Below are positions 17,951 to 29,100 of a stretch of 35,726 bases of DNA, piece after piece. The notes beneath the pieces are model-generated. The model did not search any database, was not told the DNA's origin, and saw nothing but the letters and a program-made list of their open reading frames with translations. Each line of letters begins with the position of its first letter. Position 1 is the stretch's first letter. Source of the stretch: a virus (lineage: Duplodnaviria > Caudoviricetes); the IMG/VR virus record IMGVR_UViG_3300033146_006881, positions 1 through 35,726 of that record; one strand, written 5' to 3'. The translations under genes were made by a program, and so were the position numbers.

Positions 17951-19813
17951 TTATAAGTAAACTCTCCAACCAACGGTCAGGTCAACAAAAACGATGGTGG
18001 CATGAGTAAAATCAACACTTAAATGATAATCGTTTGAAGAATTCATAATATTATCAGCACTGGTCAAAATTAAATTATTCGTTGAAAAAGTTCCGTGCTT
18101 ATCTATAACTTGAACCTCATCCCCAACAGCAGGATTTGTTGGTAAAGTTATTGTTACAGTATTTGTTGAAGTATCTATCATTAATTTTTCAAAAACTTCA
18201 CACGAATAAGAATCTATACCTTCTATCCATGGAATAGTTGGACTTTTGTGAAAAATTATAGTATCCCCAGTTCCACCATAAATTTCTTTGAAAATTAGAG
18301 TTCTTTCAGATTTTAATTCATAATTAAAAGTTACTTGATTACTTTTATTTGGAAAACCTACATCCACTTCAGTATAATCAATATTTTCTAATAAACGAAT
18401 ACCATCATCAAAAATTTCTAAAGATTTTCCGTCTTTATGATACCATCTTCCGTTTGGTATATTTATAGTTGTTCCTGATACAGCATCAATATTTAAAGTT
18501 TCCAAAAATCCCAATCTCGGTAAACCGGAAAGTTCTTCTACTTCATATAAAACGCCAAAAGAATTTATTTTATTCAGTCCAACTTCATTAAAAATATAAC
18601 GAAGTTTCAATTCTGAAAAGGGTGTCGGAGTGACTATCATTTGCTTGAAGCCACAACTTGTCCAAGGACCATATCCTGAACCATCAGAAATCGAATACTC
18701 TATTAAAATATCAATATCGTCCTCAGTTACCGCATCCGCATAAAATGAATCACAGAGATTCGAACCAACGGGAAGAAGATTGTCCGTTTCAAAGGCTGAA
18801 TTTTGCGAACCTAAAACTGCACCAGTTCCTAGAATATCTTCATCAGGCGACCAACTTGCTCCACCCAACAATTGGATATTTCCTTGAGTTTCAAAAGTAT
18901 TATAAGAAACATGTTGGAAAAAGGATCCTTCTAAAAGAGACTGATAGTAAACATCTTCCCCGGTCCAGTCACTAACAACAGTCGGATCAATTTCTTTGCT
19001 GATAGTTAAAGCGGGCCAATCACCACCCATTCCATCTGGAATAGTTGATGGAATGATTGTTATCCCAGGTCCAGCAAAAATATTATCTTGATGAACTAAT
19101 CCTACAATTTTTTGATCAATTAAAGCTGATAGTTTAATGTCAAAATCATCACAATCAGTCCAAATTCGTTCCCAGGTAACCAAATTATCGATTGAAATTT
19201 CCCAAAAATCTTCAGTATTATTCCATCTAACTTTTTGATCTAACTCTGAATACTGTGCTCCTAAAAGAGCAAGATTTCCAACAGTTAAAATAATATTTTT
19301 AAAAGTGATTTCAGTATTTTCGGTACTGGAATTGTTGGTAATTCTAAGTTCTATGTTACCCAAAATTCCAGTATCTTTAGTTTTGAATCTCAGAACACTA
19401 AAACCATCAACTAACTGAACTTGAGCTACTTGCGATAAAACATTATTTTGAATGATATCATCAGAATTCGACTTTACCTCAATAACCATATCAGCTAAAT
19501 CGTTTGAAGATTCACTTTCAACCAAAACAGTGTACGATATCCCATTTTTAAGAGTTAAATCTTGGACCAGGCTGCCAACACCAGTATAAAGATAAGTTAC
19601 TGTTTTGTTGTCAATATCAATAGCAGTTGGAGTGTCAACATCCACGCCTAATAGTGAGTGCCAGTTAAAAACCGTACTATTTCGTGTTTCGATGAAATAT
19701 GGATTTAAAATTTTATTGTGAAATTCTTGAAATCCAATAGCTGTTTGAAAATCATTTTGAATTCTTTTAAAATTAAAAATTGAAGAATTGGGATGCGTTT
19801 TATATCTATCCAT
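17951..19813 (-). CDS. virion structural/fibre protein, paralogue of 15366-17606
   Basis: Shares collinear motifs with the 746-aa protein; C-terminal TITLPTNPAVGDEVQVID...GW module. Confidence 0.65.
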   Translation of the reverse strand: MDRYKTHPNSSIFNFKRIQNDFQTAIGFQEFHNKILNPYFIETRNSTVFNWHSLLGVDVDTPTAIDIDNKTVTYLYTGVGSLVQDLTLKNGISYTVLVESESSNDLADMVIEVKSNSDDIIQNNVLSQVAQVQLVDGFSVLRFKTKDTGILGNIELRITNNSSTENTEITFKNIILTVGNLALLGAQYSELDQKVRWNNTEDFWEISIDNLVTWERIWTDCDDFDIKLSALIDQKIVGLVHQDNIFAGPGITIIPSTIPDGMGGDWPALTISKEIDPTVVSDWTGEDVYYQSLLEGSFFQHVSYNTFETQGNIQLLGGASWSPDEDILGTGAVLGSQNSAFETDNLLPVGSNLCDSFYADAVTEDDIDILIEYSISDGSGYGPWTSCGFKQMIVTPTPFSELKLRYIFNEVGLNKINSFGVLYEVEELSGLPRLGFLETLNIDAVSGTTINIPNGRWYHKDGKSLEIFDDGIRLLENIDYTEVDVGFPNKSNQVTFNYELKSERTLIFKEIYGGTGDTIIFHKSPTIPWIEGIDSYSCEVFEKLMIDTSTNTVTITLPTNPAVGDEVQVIDKHGTFSTNNLILTSADNIMNSSNDYHLSVDFTHATIVFVDLTVGWRVYL

Positions 19814-19822
19814 TATTTTACC

Positions 19823-21412
19823 TTAAAGAATAATTTTAAAATTTTCGTTGCCGTCAATATAATTTCGATACACTGGCATTTTGTTTGCTACATAAAATAG
19901 AGTTCCTAAATCATTGGTGTGATTCAGAACATCGAAAAAAGTTGATCTTCCATTATAATCTGGACCAACATTGTTTCCTGTTCCACACTGGACCAACGCT
20001 CCACCTGTACCTTGGAGAGCGTCAAAATATTTAGGCTTCCAAGAAATGAATAATTGGCGATAAATATCTGGAGTTGGTGTAGTCGAATCCAATTCTAAAC
20101 TTACCATGATTAAATTAAAATTCTCAGAAGTTGCTATACTCAAATCTTTTGAAATAGCGTATTGTTTACTGATGGTTAAACCAGTAATGTAATCTTCATC
20201 AATATCAATCGAATCGATGCTCATTTTGTTAGGATCGTTCAAAGTAGTGACCAAATCTTGAAAATGTTGCCACACTGGATTACTGGCATCATACGGTGCT
20301 GGAATCTCATACGCCATCCACACATCAGGTTGGGTTAATTGGTGTAGACCAACAACATCAAAAATAGATTCATGAATGTCCTGAGACCGGATGTAAGAAA
20401 TCGGCAAACCTGGTGGATTATTATCCGCGACCGGAGAAATGTGGGAAACAACAGGTAAAGATTCTTTAAAAACACTAAATCTATTATTAATATTAGAAAG
20501 TGTTGTCAGTTTAAAACGAACTTTTCGGACAGATGGATTTGGATCACTAGCAACGGAATTAGAAATTTCATAACTAAAAATGTAAGCGTTTTCACTTTCA
20601 GAAATATATGTTTCTTCATATTGAACACCATCGACTAGCAAAGCACCGTCCATATCAACTAAAAAGAAAGATGAGTTTTTCGCAGTTTCATCATTTTCCA
20701 TCCAATCAATAAAAGTCGCTCCTATACCAGTTACTAAATATTCGCCATTCAAGTTGATCCGTCTTTCAAGATCCGAGCAACCAGGAACGATATCTGCTAT
20801 TGTGGCATCCATCGAACCAATATCACCATATTTCAATTGGACTCTTGTGCTAAGACCAGGATATTCAAATTCTTTAATAATTTCAATTTCCAAAAGATTA
20901 TTAATATTTTTATCATAATTCATTACGAAATATTTGTATTTTAAAGTTTCAGTTTCATCGTACAATTTAAATTCGTAGGTTGGATTAACGCCTCTTAAAG
21001 TCATCCATTTTTGATTGATAAAAATACACTCAATATTACTCATTCCAGAAACTACACCATTTTGACCAATCTCGGTCAAATATTCTAAACGATCAGTATT
21101 GCTAATTGGATATTCAGATTCCCCAGCGGCATAGTGAAATCTAGCAACCTGGACTGCGGTTGTTCCAGAATCGCTAATATTCATTAATCTATGTTGGTCA
21201 TCAAAAATTTCAGCTCCAACAGTTTCACCAATTATATCATTTGGCCATATTTGTCCAGAAACTGGAGCGTATCTGCATAGCGTTCCTTGACCCCACGTTT
21301 CGTGAGATCGGCTGAATCCCAGATAAGATTCTCCACCACTGAGTAATTCATAAAGGAGTCTTAATTGGTTGTCAACAGTTGCGCCGGATAATAGATTAAA
21401 TTCTACTGACAT
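19823..21412 (-). CDS. baseplate wedge gp8-like
   Basis: YLGFSRSHETW, IYRQLFI and GTLFYVANKMPVYR...ENFKIIL resemble gp8 termini; follows gp7-like. Confidence 0.72.
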   Translation of the reverse strand: MSVEFNLLSGATVDNQLRLLYELLSGGESYLGFSRSHETWGQGTLCRYAPVSGQIWPNDIIGETVGAEIFDDQHRLMNISDSGTTAVQVARFHYAAGESEYPISNTDRLEYLTEIGQNGVVSGMSNIECIFINQKWMTLRGVNPTYEFKLYDETETLKYKYFVMNYDKNINNLLEIEIIKEFEYPGLSTRVQLKYGDIGSMDATIADIVPGCSDLERRINLNGEYLVTGIGATFIDWMENDETAKNSSFFLVDMDGALLVDGVQYEETYISESENAYIFSYEISNSVASDPNPSVRKVRFKLTTLSNINNRFSVFKESLPVVSHISPVADNNPPGLPISYIRSQDIHESIFDVVGLHQLTQPDVWMAYEIPAPYDASNPVWQHFQDLVTTLNDPNKMSIDSIDIDEDYITGLTISKQYAISKDLSIATSENFNLIMVSLELDSTTPTPDIYRQLFISWKPKYFDALQGTGGALVQCGTGNNVGPDYNGRSTFFDVLNHTNDLGTLFYVANKMPVYRNYIDGNENFKIIL

Positions 21413-21422
21413 TTTGGATACC

Positions 21423-24215
21423 TTAAATTGTTATGTTTGGGCCAATGTAAGTTACATCATCCCGTTTTAAAATTACTTCTAAATTCACGCTGGTTAAGTC
21501 CAAAGTGATTTTTGGTATACTGCTATCAATTGTGAATAACATCTCACCAGAGTCCCGAATAATGAACAGGAACTCATTAAAAAGACCGTTGATTAAGTTC
21601 TCTGTACCAGCTACATCGTTATAAAATATTTCGTACTCGTTTCCATCATTTGTAATATTTATATTTGAAATTATAGAGCTAATTCTGGCAAAATCCAACT
21701 CAGCATCATAATTAGATTCAGTGAAAAAATATTCTTTTTCTGAACTGTTATCACTTAAAATCATAGCATTATTAGAATCGAAAGCGTCTTCAACAGTTTG
21801 ATCTAAAAAATTCTCTTTGTCCTTAAAATATAAATTCTTAGAGAAATTAATGTGTCTATTGTCCAATTTAAAATTGAAAACCGGCATGACCATATCATTA
21901 AAAGTTAAATCTAAAACAATATTAAAAATTTCACCGGATCCAGTTAAAAATTTCAATTTTGGAATGTGTGTTTCAATGACACCATACAAACTTGCCCCTT
22001 TATAAATTCTCCATTTATAAATTGCGGCTATTCCACTTCTCAAAAATTCAATTTCCCAAAGATTGTCAGTTTTTTTCATTGAAAACAGGGGTTTACTTCC
22101 TGTGATTATTCTATCTTCAGGAATTGCTACATCTACCGCTACATTTCGATATTCTGTTCTAAGATCGAAAAATAGTCCAGAATCAGCAGTAGCTTTATTT
22201 GTATTTTGATACTCAACTTTGGCAAGATAACTTGTTTCTTTAAAAGGAAATTCTTTCGGAGAAGTCAAATCATCCAAAATAGCATTACCAACGAATTTTC
22301 CAAACCGGAAAGTGTTGCCATATTCATCCAAGAAATCTGCTATATCCATGTAAGAAATTGGTGCCAGTTGAGAGTGCATTTCCCAGAATTCTTCAAATTC
22401 TTCTGGAGAAAGAATTTTCATTTGGTGCCAACTTAAAGCGTCTTTTGGAATGTAAATATAAAAATCATTCCAGCCGAGTGGATGGGTAATATCTTTAATG
22501 TCGTCAATCCAATATTTTTCAGGCAAGGTTGTACTGACCCTATAGACAAAATTGTTGTATGGATCAGGATCAACAGAAACGTAATAGTATCCAATAGATG
22601 AACTAAAAATTGAAACTAAAAATTGAATCTGTGTTTTGGTACCTTTAAAATAATTCAATAAAGTAATATTTTTAAATAAAATCTCTTTTAAATTGGCTGC
22701 TTCTTGAACATTTATCAAAATTATCGAAGTGTCGTTCAAGTCGGTCATGTACTTGGAATACTCAGGAAGATATTGACTAACAAATAATCTTTCAATTATT
22801 TTACTATTTTCAAACTGAATCATTCTATTGGTATCTTCCATTCCCAATTTCACTTTTTCTTCATTAGCAACCTTAAAATATTTTTTACTTTCAGCATCAT
22901 ATTCTGTAACAGGATACTCATAATCAAAAATTTCAGCCACTTCATGAATAATAGCGTCTACGTCAATTAAAGTATCTAAATTTCTGGCTTTGAAATAAAT
23001 ATCATTAAAAAATTGATTTAGTTGAACCTCATCAACTTCTTGAATTTCGCCCGCAGTTTTAAAAACTAAAGTGCTACTTTCAAAAGGTATTTCAAATTCT
23101 GGTGCTGATTTTGGGGCTGTTTTGTTTTGGTATTCAGCAGAATCCTTGAAAGCCAAAACAACTTCTTCCCTAGTCATGGTTTCCGTATCCAGCATTCCAG
23201 TCCAATAATCGAGTTCTGTTTGTGTTGGAACTTCGGATGGTCCACGTTCAAGTAATTGAGAATAGAGCATATTTACAAAATCTAAATTGCTCATATTTAC
23301 AAAATAATCTTGATCAAGGTTATCAATTATGTGTCGCCATTGAGTATGGGAAACTAATTTATGATTTTTTGTTCCAAAAACAAACTGATAAATGTAACCT
23401 GCTTTGAATTCGTCAACAAAAATATCAAATTGATTTAGAGTTCCCCAATTATATGGTAAAGAATAACTAATTAATTCTTTATCTTTCTCAATGTTTTCAG
23501 AAGATGTCAAATATCGATAAATTTTTACGCTGTCTTTATTAATAGATTTCTCACAAACAACACTATCCGTAATCACTCTAATAACATTAGCATTAATCGA
23601 AATATCGTAAATGTCATCATAAACACTATGAAAATTAATTTCATCTGTAGAATATTGAACATCTAGAATTCGTTTAGCTTTAATACCATCAAAATCAACT
23701 TGAATTCTTAAATCGTTGAATTCGGCATCTGCGGCCAAAAGAATCACATGATAGCTATCAAAATTTACAAAAGTGGGACAATCAAATATTAAAATTTGAT
23801 TTCTGTCTTCATCTTCATAAAAAGCTTTAAAGGTTTGATCCGTTTCAATTTCTAAAAAATAAGTCGTGTTTAAAGCAGTGTCTTCATGAAAAACAACAAC
23901 ACCATTATGAATAATATCAAAACCACTATCATGAAAATGGTAACCAAAACATAATTGGGTCGGATTTGAAATATTATTAGGATACTCGTCTCCGCTGATA
24001 CCAAAAGCGTAATTAATTAAATCACCTTTGTTGTCGTTGTGGAATATTTTTATTCCAGCACCAACCAAATCGCCTACGCCAGCGTTGAAATCAAAAGCGT
24101 CAGAAATATAAGCTCGGGCGTCCCAATTATTCCCAGCGGAAGTTTTCTTAATATGACCTGTAAAAAGATCAATTTCAAAATTTTTTTTGAATGACCATTG
24201 TGGATAAATATACAT
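21423..24215 (-). CDS. baseplate wedge gp7-like with DUF4214-like insertion
   Basis: ILFKNITLLNYFKGTKTQIQFL and YRVSTTLPEKYWIDDIKDITHPLG resemble gp7 core motifs. Confidence 0.72.
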   Translation of the reverse strand: MYIYPQWSFKKNFEIDLFTGHIKKTSAGNNWDARAYISDAFDFNAGVGDLVGAGIKIFHNDNKGDLINYAFGISGDEYPNNISNPTQLCFGYHFHDSGFDIIHNGVVVFHEDTALNTTYFLEIETDQTFKAFYEDEDRNQILIFDCPTFVNFDSYHVILLAADAEFNDLRIQVDFDGIKAKRILDVQYSTDEINFHSVYDDIYDISINANVIRVITDSVVCEKSINKDSVKIYRYLTSSENIEKDKELISYSLPYNWGTLNQFDIFVDEFKAGYIYQFVFGTKNHKLVSHTQWRHIIDNLDQDYFVNMSNLDFVNMLYSQLLERGPSEVPTQTELDYWTGMLDTETMTREEVVLAFKDSAEYQNKTAPKSAPEFEIPFESSTLVFKTAGEIQEVDEVQLNQFFNDIYFKARNLDTLIDVDAIIHEVAEIFDYEYPVTEYDAESKKYFKVANEEKVKLGMEDTNRMIQFENSKIIERLFVSQYLPEYSKYMTDLNDTSIILINVQEAANLKEILFKNITLLNYFKGTKTQIQFLVSIFSSSIGYYYVSVDPDPYNNFVYRVSTTLPEKYWIDDIKDITHPLGWNDFYIYIPKDALSWHQMKILSPEEFEEFWEMHSQLAPISYMDIADFLDEYGNTFRFGKFVGNAILDDLTSPKEFPFKETSYLAKVEYQNTNKATADSGLFFDLRTEYRNVAVDVAIPEDRIITGSKPLFSMKKTDNLWEIEFLRSGIAAIYKWRIYKGASLYGVIETHIPKLKFLTGSGEIFNIVLDLTFNDMVMPVFNFKLDNRHINFSKNLYFKDKENFLDQTVEDAFDSNNAMILSDNSSEKEYFFTESNYDAELDFARISSIISNINITNDGNEYEIFYNDVAGTENLINGLFNEFLFIIRDSGEMLFTIDSSIPKITLDLTSVNLEVILKRDDVTYIGPNITI

Positions 24216-24224
24216 GGTTAACCT

Positions 24225-24728
24225 TTATTCTGGTGGACCTGATAATTCAACTGAAACAATCAATCCGTTATTTACTGTTACTGTTTTTCCTTCGTGTTCA
24301 GTAAACGTGCCGGTATATCCTGTTGTTGAAATTGCCGCCGAATTTATCCAAGAATTCTGGCTGGCATCGTAGGTCAGCATATCACCATCAGCAATGTTTG
24401 TTATAATTTTGGGGAAATATGCTGCTATGTGGGTATCAGCAATTATTCCAGCTTCTAAACTATCGATAAAAGTAGTGTGGTCATAAGTAGTTTCGTGGTT
24501 GGTTACGGCTGCCGCTGCTACGGGTCCTGCTGCTATAGTCGCCAAAGAAGTTGCTTCGGCACTATCAATAAAAGCAGAATGATCATGACTGACTGCAAGG
24601 GTGTGAATTTGAAAAAACTCACTGATGCTAATATTATATTCCTCAGTCCCATTGGTGATAATTAAAAAATCGTTAATTACATCAGCCTGACTATTCGATT
24701 TATCTACATAATCGTTTATGTTTCCCAT
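24225..24728 (-). CDS. small fibre-like structural protein with internal repeat
   Basis: HDHSAFIDSAEA / YDHTTFIDSLEA (102 nt apart); DGDMLTYD...WIN; GKTVTVNNGLIVSV. Confidence 0.6.
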   Translation of the reverse strand: MGNINDYVDKSNSQADVINDFLIITNGTEEYNISISEFFQIHTLAVSHDHSAFIDSAEATSLATIAAGPVAAAAVTNHETTYDHTTFIDSLEAGIIADTHIAAYFPKIITNIADGDMLTYDASQNSWINSAAISTTGYTGTFTEHEGKTVTVNNGLIVSVELSGPPE

Positions 24729-24737
24729 TTGTTTACC

Positions 24738-26120
24738 TCAATTTGTGGTTATAAAATTACCGCCAGAATCCAAAATAGCGTTGCCATGCGAATCAAGAAG
24801 GGCATTCACGGATGGCTGTGCTTCAAAAGTGATATCCAATTCTCGATATTCTTCATAATATTCATCAAAAATTCTTATTTTACATGGCTCAGTTTCGCCA
24901 TTTGAAACTACAGTAAATGTTCTGTCCCCATTGTCAATTAATTGAGCTGTTGAGGGCGTGTTATTTATGTCTCTCCGAGTAATCGTGGGCAATCTATAAG
25001 TTGTTGTTGGCCAAGCAGTCAATCCATAAATGATATAAATTGAATCATCTTGAGCATAATAATCTCCAACAATTACATATGGAGAAGGACTTATTTCAAT
25101 GAATTGATTTCCCATTAAAAAAACATCATCCACTTTCATTAAAAATTTAATATTATAATATCCCAACATAGAAAAACTATGAATGATTTCTCCATAACTC
25201 AAAACAGGCAAAGTAGTTGGATTATTTGAAATATTTGAAGCATACTCATCATCAAATTCCCAATGATATTGTGCTCGATCTAAAATAGGATTGTTACAGT
25301 TATGCGATCTATTTGTTCGACTACAATTAATTTTATCTTCACACTCTACAGTCGAGTGAAATTTTAAACTAATGGATGATGGATTGTTAAATTGATCAGT
25401 AATTCTTCCGTTTAAATCGTATAAAGAATCCGATCCTCCAATCCGATTAATCACGGCTGCGCCCATGCCATCAAAAGAGGAAGAAGAACCCGCATTTATG
25501 GGAATTGTGTTGATGGGAAATGAGTTTATTGTTCCGACGGATTCATCATCATCAAAAATTAACGAAACATCAATAAGACAACTTTCAAAAAAGCGTCTTA
25601 TTGTTTTATCAAATTGATTACATTCAAGCATTTCAAGATAATGATGAACCATTTGTGGAATACCATTATATTTTTCAAAAAATCTTTGAGGATAATATCT
25701 TCTTGAGGATAAACTGATTAATTCATTACCAATCGTGTATTTTTCTTCTCCATAAATTTTTAATTTATTTAAACAAAATCCAGGCATCACTCCGAAAAAA
25801 CTCAATTTTACAAATTTTGGAGTAATGTCAGTATTACCATTTTGATATTCGTACCAATTTTTGCCATCTAAAGAATGCTTAATTTCTAATTCTGAATAAG
25901 CATTGGACCCATCAACATTAAATTCAATTTCAAAAACTTCAGTTGGTTCAATGAAATTTATTTCCATAAAAACTTCACCAATCATTTCTTCATTGAATTT
26001 CCAAAAAATGTCCCCGTCCGTTTTGACATTAAACTGGTGGCTTTTTAAATTTTCGCTCAATTCGTTATAATGAGAAACATTGATTAAATTATTTTTTTCT
26101 GAAATTTTTTCAATTAACAT
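24738..26120 (-). CDS. baseplate-associated protein (discoidin-like and PKD-like segments)
   Basis: IKHSLDGKNWY...PKFVKL; QYHWEFDD...HSFSMLGYYNIKF; immediately after gp6. Confidence 0.55.
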   Translation of the reverse strand: MLIEKISEKNNLINVSHYNELSENLKSHQFNVKTDGDIFWKFNEEMIGEVFMEINFIEPTEVFEIEFNVDGSNAYSELEIKHSLDGKNWYEYQNGNTDITPKFVKLSFFGVMPGFCLNKLKIYGEEKYTIGNELISLSSRRYYPQRFFEKYNGIPQMVHHYLEMLECNQFDKTIRRFFESCLIDVSLIFDDDESVGTINSFPINTIPINAGSSSSFDGMGAAVINRIGGSDSLYDLNGRITDQFNNPSSISLKFHSTVECEDKINCSRTNRSHNCNNPILDRAQYHWEFDDEYASNISNNPTTLPVLSYGEIIHSFSMLGYYNIKFLMKVDDVFLMGNQFIEISPSPYVIVGDYYAQDDSIYIIYGLTAWPTTTYRLPTITRRDINNTPSTAQLIDNGDRTFTVVSNGETEPCKIRIFDEYYEEYRELDITFEAQPSVNALLDSHGNAILDSGGNFITTN

Positions 26121-26130
26121 AAATCTAACC

Positions 26131-29100
26131 TTAAATCAATGTTGAAATTACTGGATTGATTTTTGCTCTGATCGTTTGGGTGTAAATTGAATCAAAATCC
26201 GTTTGGGATCCAACGATTGTTTCAAATCCATCTATATCTTCATATTTATTATCTGGAATGATATTAATTTGATCCATTTTTACATCACCAGTCAGAATTC
26301 CGTAATTATTGAAATAATCTCTAATATGAACATTGGACTTTTCATTAATTGTTTGATCCGCAGCGTCCAGTTCTCCAATAATTGTTGTATTGAAGTTTAA
26401 TTTTCCGGAATCATATTCAAAAAATCCCAAAGTGGAATCGTGATATATTCCATAAGAGTATATCGCAAAACCTGATTGTTTAGTTATATTACCAAATTCA
26501 TCAGCAGAATCAATATAGACCGGTTCAAAAATAATTTCAGTTCTCAAGCCAAGATCATTAAACGAAACTGTTTGGAAATTGAAAGAATAATTAAAATCGT
26601 AAGCTTCACCTAAAACGTCCTTTTCCATTTCAAATAGAGTATTTTCGTTCCAAAAGCAAGTAATTTTATGATTGGAATCTTCTTCAAATACTAAAGGTAA
26701 ATTGATGTTATTAATACTTTTAAAATCTCTTGTGTAAAAATCAAAGAATGTGTAGAATTTACTAGGATCAGTTACCTCATCATAAGTAAACATTCCTAAT
26801 AGATTCTTCTCATCAATTTTTATAGACGAAATAGCCGAATTCAAAGTGGTTTTTATTGTAAAATTGTTGTTTTCATTTTCAAATATTTCAAAAGCAAAAT
26901 AAATTTCATTACCCGGCACTGAACTAACTAAAGTAGTTTGGAACCCTTGGTCCGCCAACCAAGCAGCTTCATCAACCAATGTAATAAAATCAAATTGATT
27001 TACTGAATTTTCTAATTTGTCCCAATGCAGCGTAGCGACTTTTTGGCGTTCTTCTGAAACAGTGTTGTTGAAATATAAATTATAAATTCCATGCACATTA
27101 TCATTTTCAACTAAAGATAACGAAACTGTATAATGATTAGTTCCAGAACCATCAAAACTAAAGGTTTCTTGGAACATAGTTTTTGCGCCACCTTCTTCAA
27201 AAATAAACATGTTCAAAACTTTAGGTTTAAAAACATCGTTATTGAATAAGTATCGATCTAGATTATCATGAGTCAATTTACCATGAATGGAAGTTCTGCC
27301 CACCATATTATGATTTATGATTTCAGGTAACAAGTTGTATTTATTGAATTTTCTTCTAATTCTTATGGAAGTATATTCAATATCATTCAACGGATCAGCA
27401 TCAATTACATCAAAATCGTTGTTTATTTCCACAACATCGGTTAAAAAGTCTTTAATTAAAGGATCAGAAGATTCCCTGACCAAAATCTGGTGTTCATCAT
27501 TGAAATAAAGTGTTCCTATAATTTCGGTGCCTGAATTGTCCGAGTTATTAATTAAAATATCCCACTGTTTGAGATTTCCTGGTTCAGGAGTTAAATCTTC
27601 TTCTAAAGTAATTTGCCAAAATCTATCAGTGTATTTTTTACTAACGTCACGACCGTGCCAAATATTATTTTGCGGAGTAATTTCGACTTCATCCTCAATT
27701 ATTTTTATTTGGAATAATTCTATCAAGCTCTGATTGTTAGCATTGTAATCTAAAATAATTTGTTGATTTTTCTTAATAAAATTTGTTGTTGTTGGAACAT
27801 TATTTAATCCACGAACAACCTGACCATTTTCTCTCAAAAACTTTACCGGAAGCCAAAAGATTGATTCTCTATCGATATAGAAAGAATCCCTGTTAAGAAT
27901 AAAACTATAATCAGTGTCAATTTCAGTTGATATAACGGTTTCAATAGCATCAACTTGAGAGCGAACTTTTGAATTTCTATAAGGAACCTCAAATCCTTTA
28001 AATTCTTCAGCAAAATATTCTACTAAAGTATTAAATGCTGATTCTTCAGTAGTTTTTAATTCAGTTGGACTAATTTTTGAACTGATCTCAATATTTGGTG
28101 TTATATCAAGATGAATATAAGAGGGTTTCAAGAAATATTTTTGAGTAGCGATAATTCCAGCGTCCCGCAAAGATGAAATCATTTTAACTTCAGAACCTTC
28201 ATTAACGTATAACTGAAGACTATTTAAAAATTCATTGGGGACATTCGCTCCTGTAGGAGTAGCAGCGATATACGCATTCCCCAAGAAATTTCTATTTCCT
28301 GGTTCGAGTTCATCTCCACCAATAACATTTACTTCATTAACAATATGACCAAATTCTGTTTTGATTAAGGTATCGAAATCGTGACCTGTTACTGCTCTTC
28401 CTGCTGCCGCAAAAAATCTTGGGGCATTATTTTTGATGGAATCTAAGGATTCATAGGGTTGTCCACCAAAAGAAGGGCCAGATGGTTCAAATTCAATTTT
28501 TGAATAATCTATAGATTCAATATCATAACTTTTGTTTGCTTGATTAACTAATCCAGAAATATCAATATCAATTTCACCATTAGCAGCTTCGCCAACGGTT
28601 TCAAGATAATCTACAATAATAGTTTCGGTTATTGATGGTGCTCTACCAACAATATTGTTTCCAAAAATAATTTTAGGAGTTCCTTCAGTTAAAATATTTT
28701 CTTCAAGAAAATAAATCTCATCACCTTGAATATCAAAAAATGTTTTAACTAAATTCCATTCAATTTTCGAAGTTTCCGCATGTTGCGTTGTGTAAACGGA
28801 AACTTTCATGTTGTTCTCATCAACTAATTTTGATGGAATTATAAAGGATTGGAGAGATTTTCCATCCCCAAGAACACTAAATTTTTTATAAACGCCTTGA
28901 ACCAATGTGATTCTGGGTTTTAAATCATTGGCTGCCGAGGTCAACTCAAACGGATTTTTCGGATTGACCAGAAGCGTAATTGGATCGGTGTTTACCCAAG
29001 AATAACCGTCTTCGGAGCCTGTAAAAACTGTACTTGCTGGGATGGTGATTTTCGAATTTTCATCAAAAAATTGGTCTCCTGGATTGTACGTGAAAACACC

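Noticed and set aside
10717-19813. Diversity-generating retroelement or invertible fibre cassette
   Set aside because: No reverse transcriptase, invertase, adenine-variant template repeat or inverted crossover sites noticed by eye; a dot plot would be decisive.
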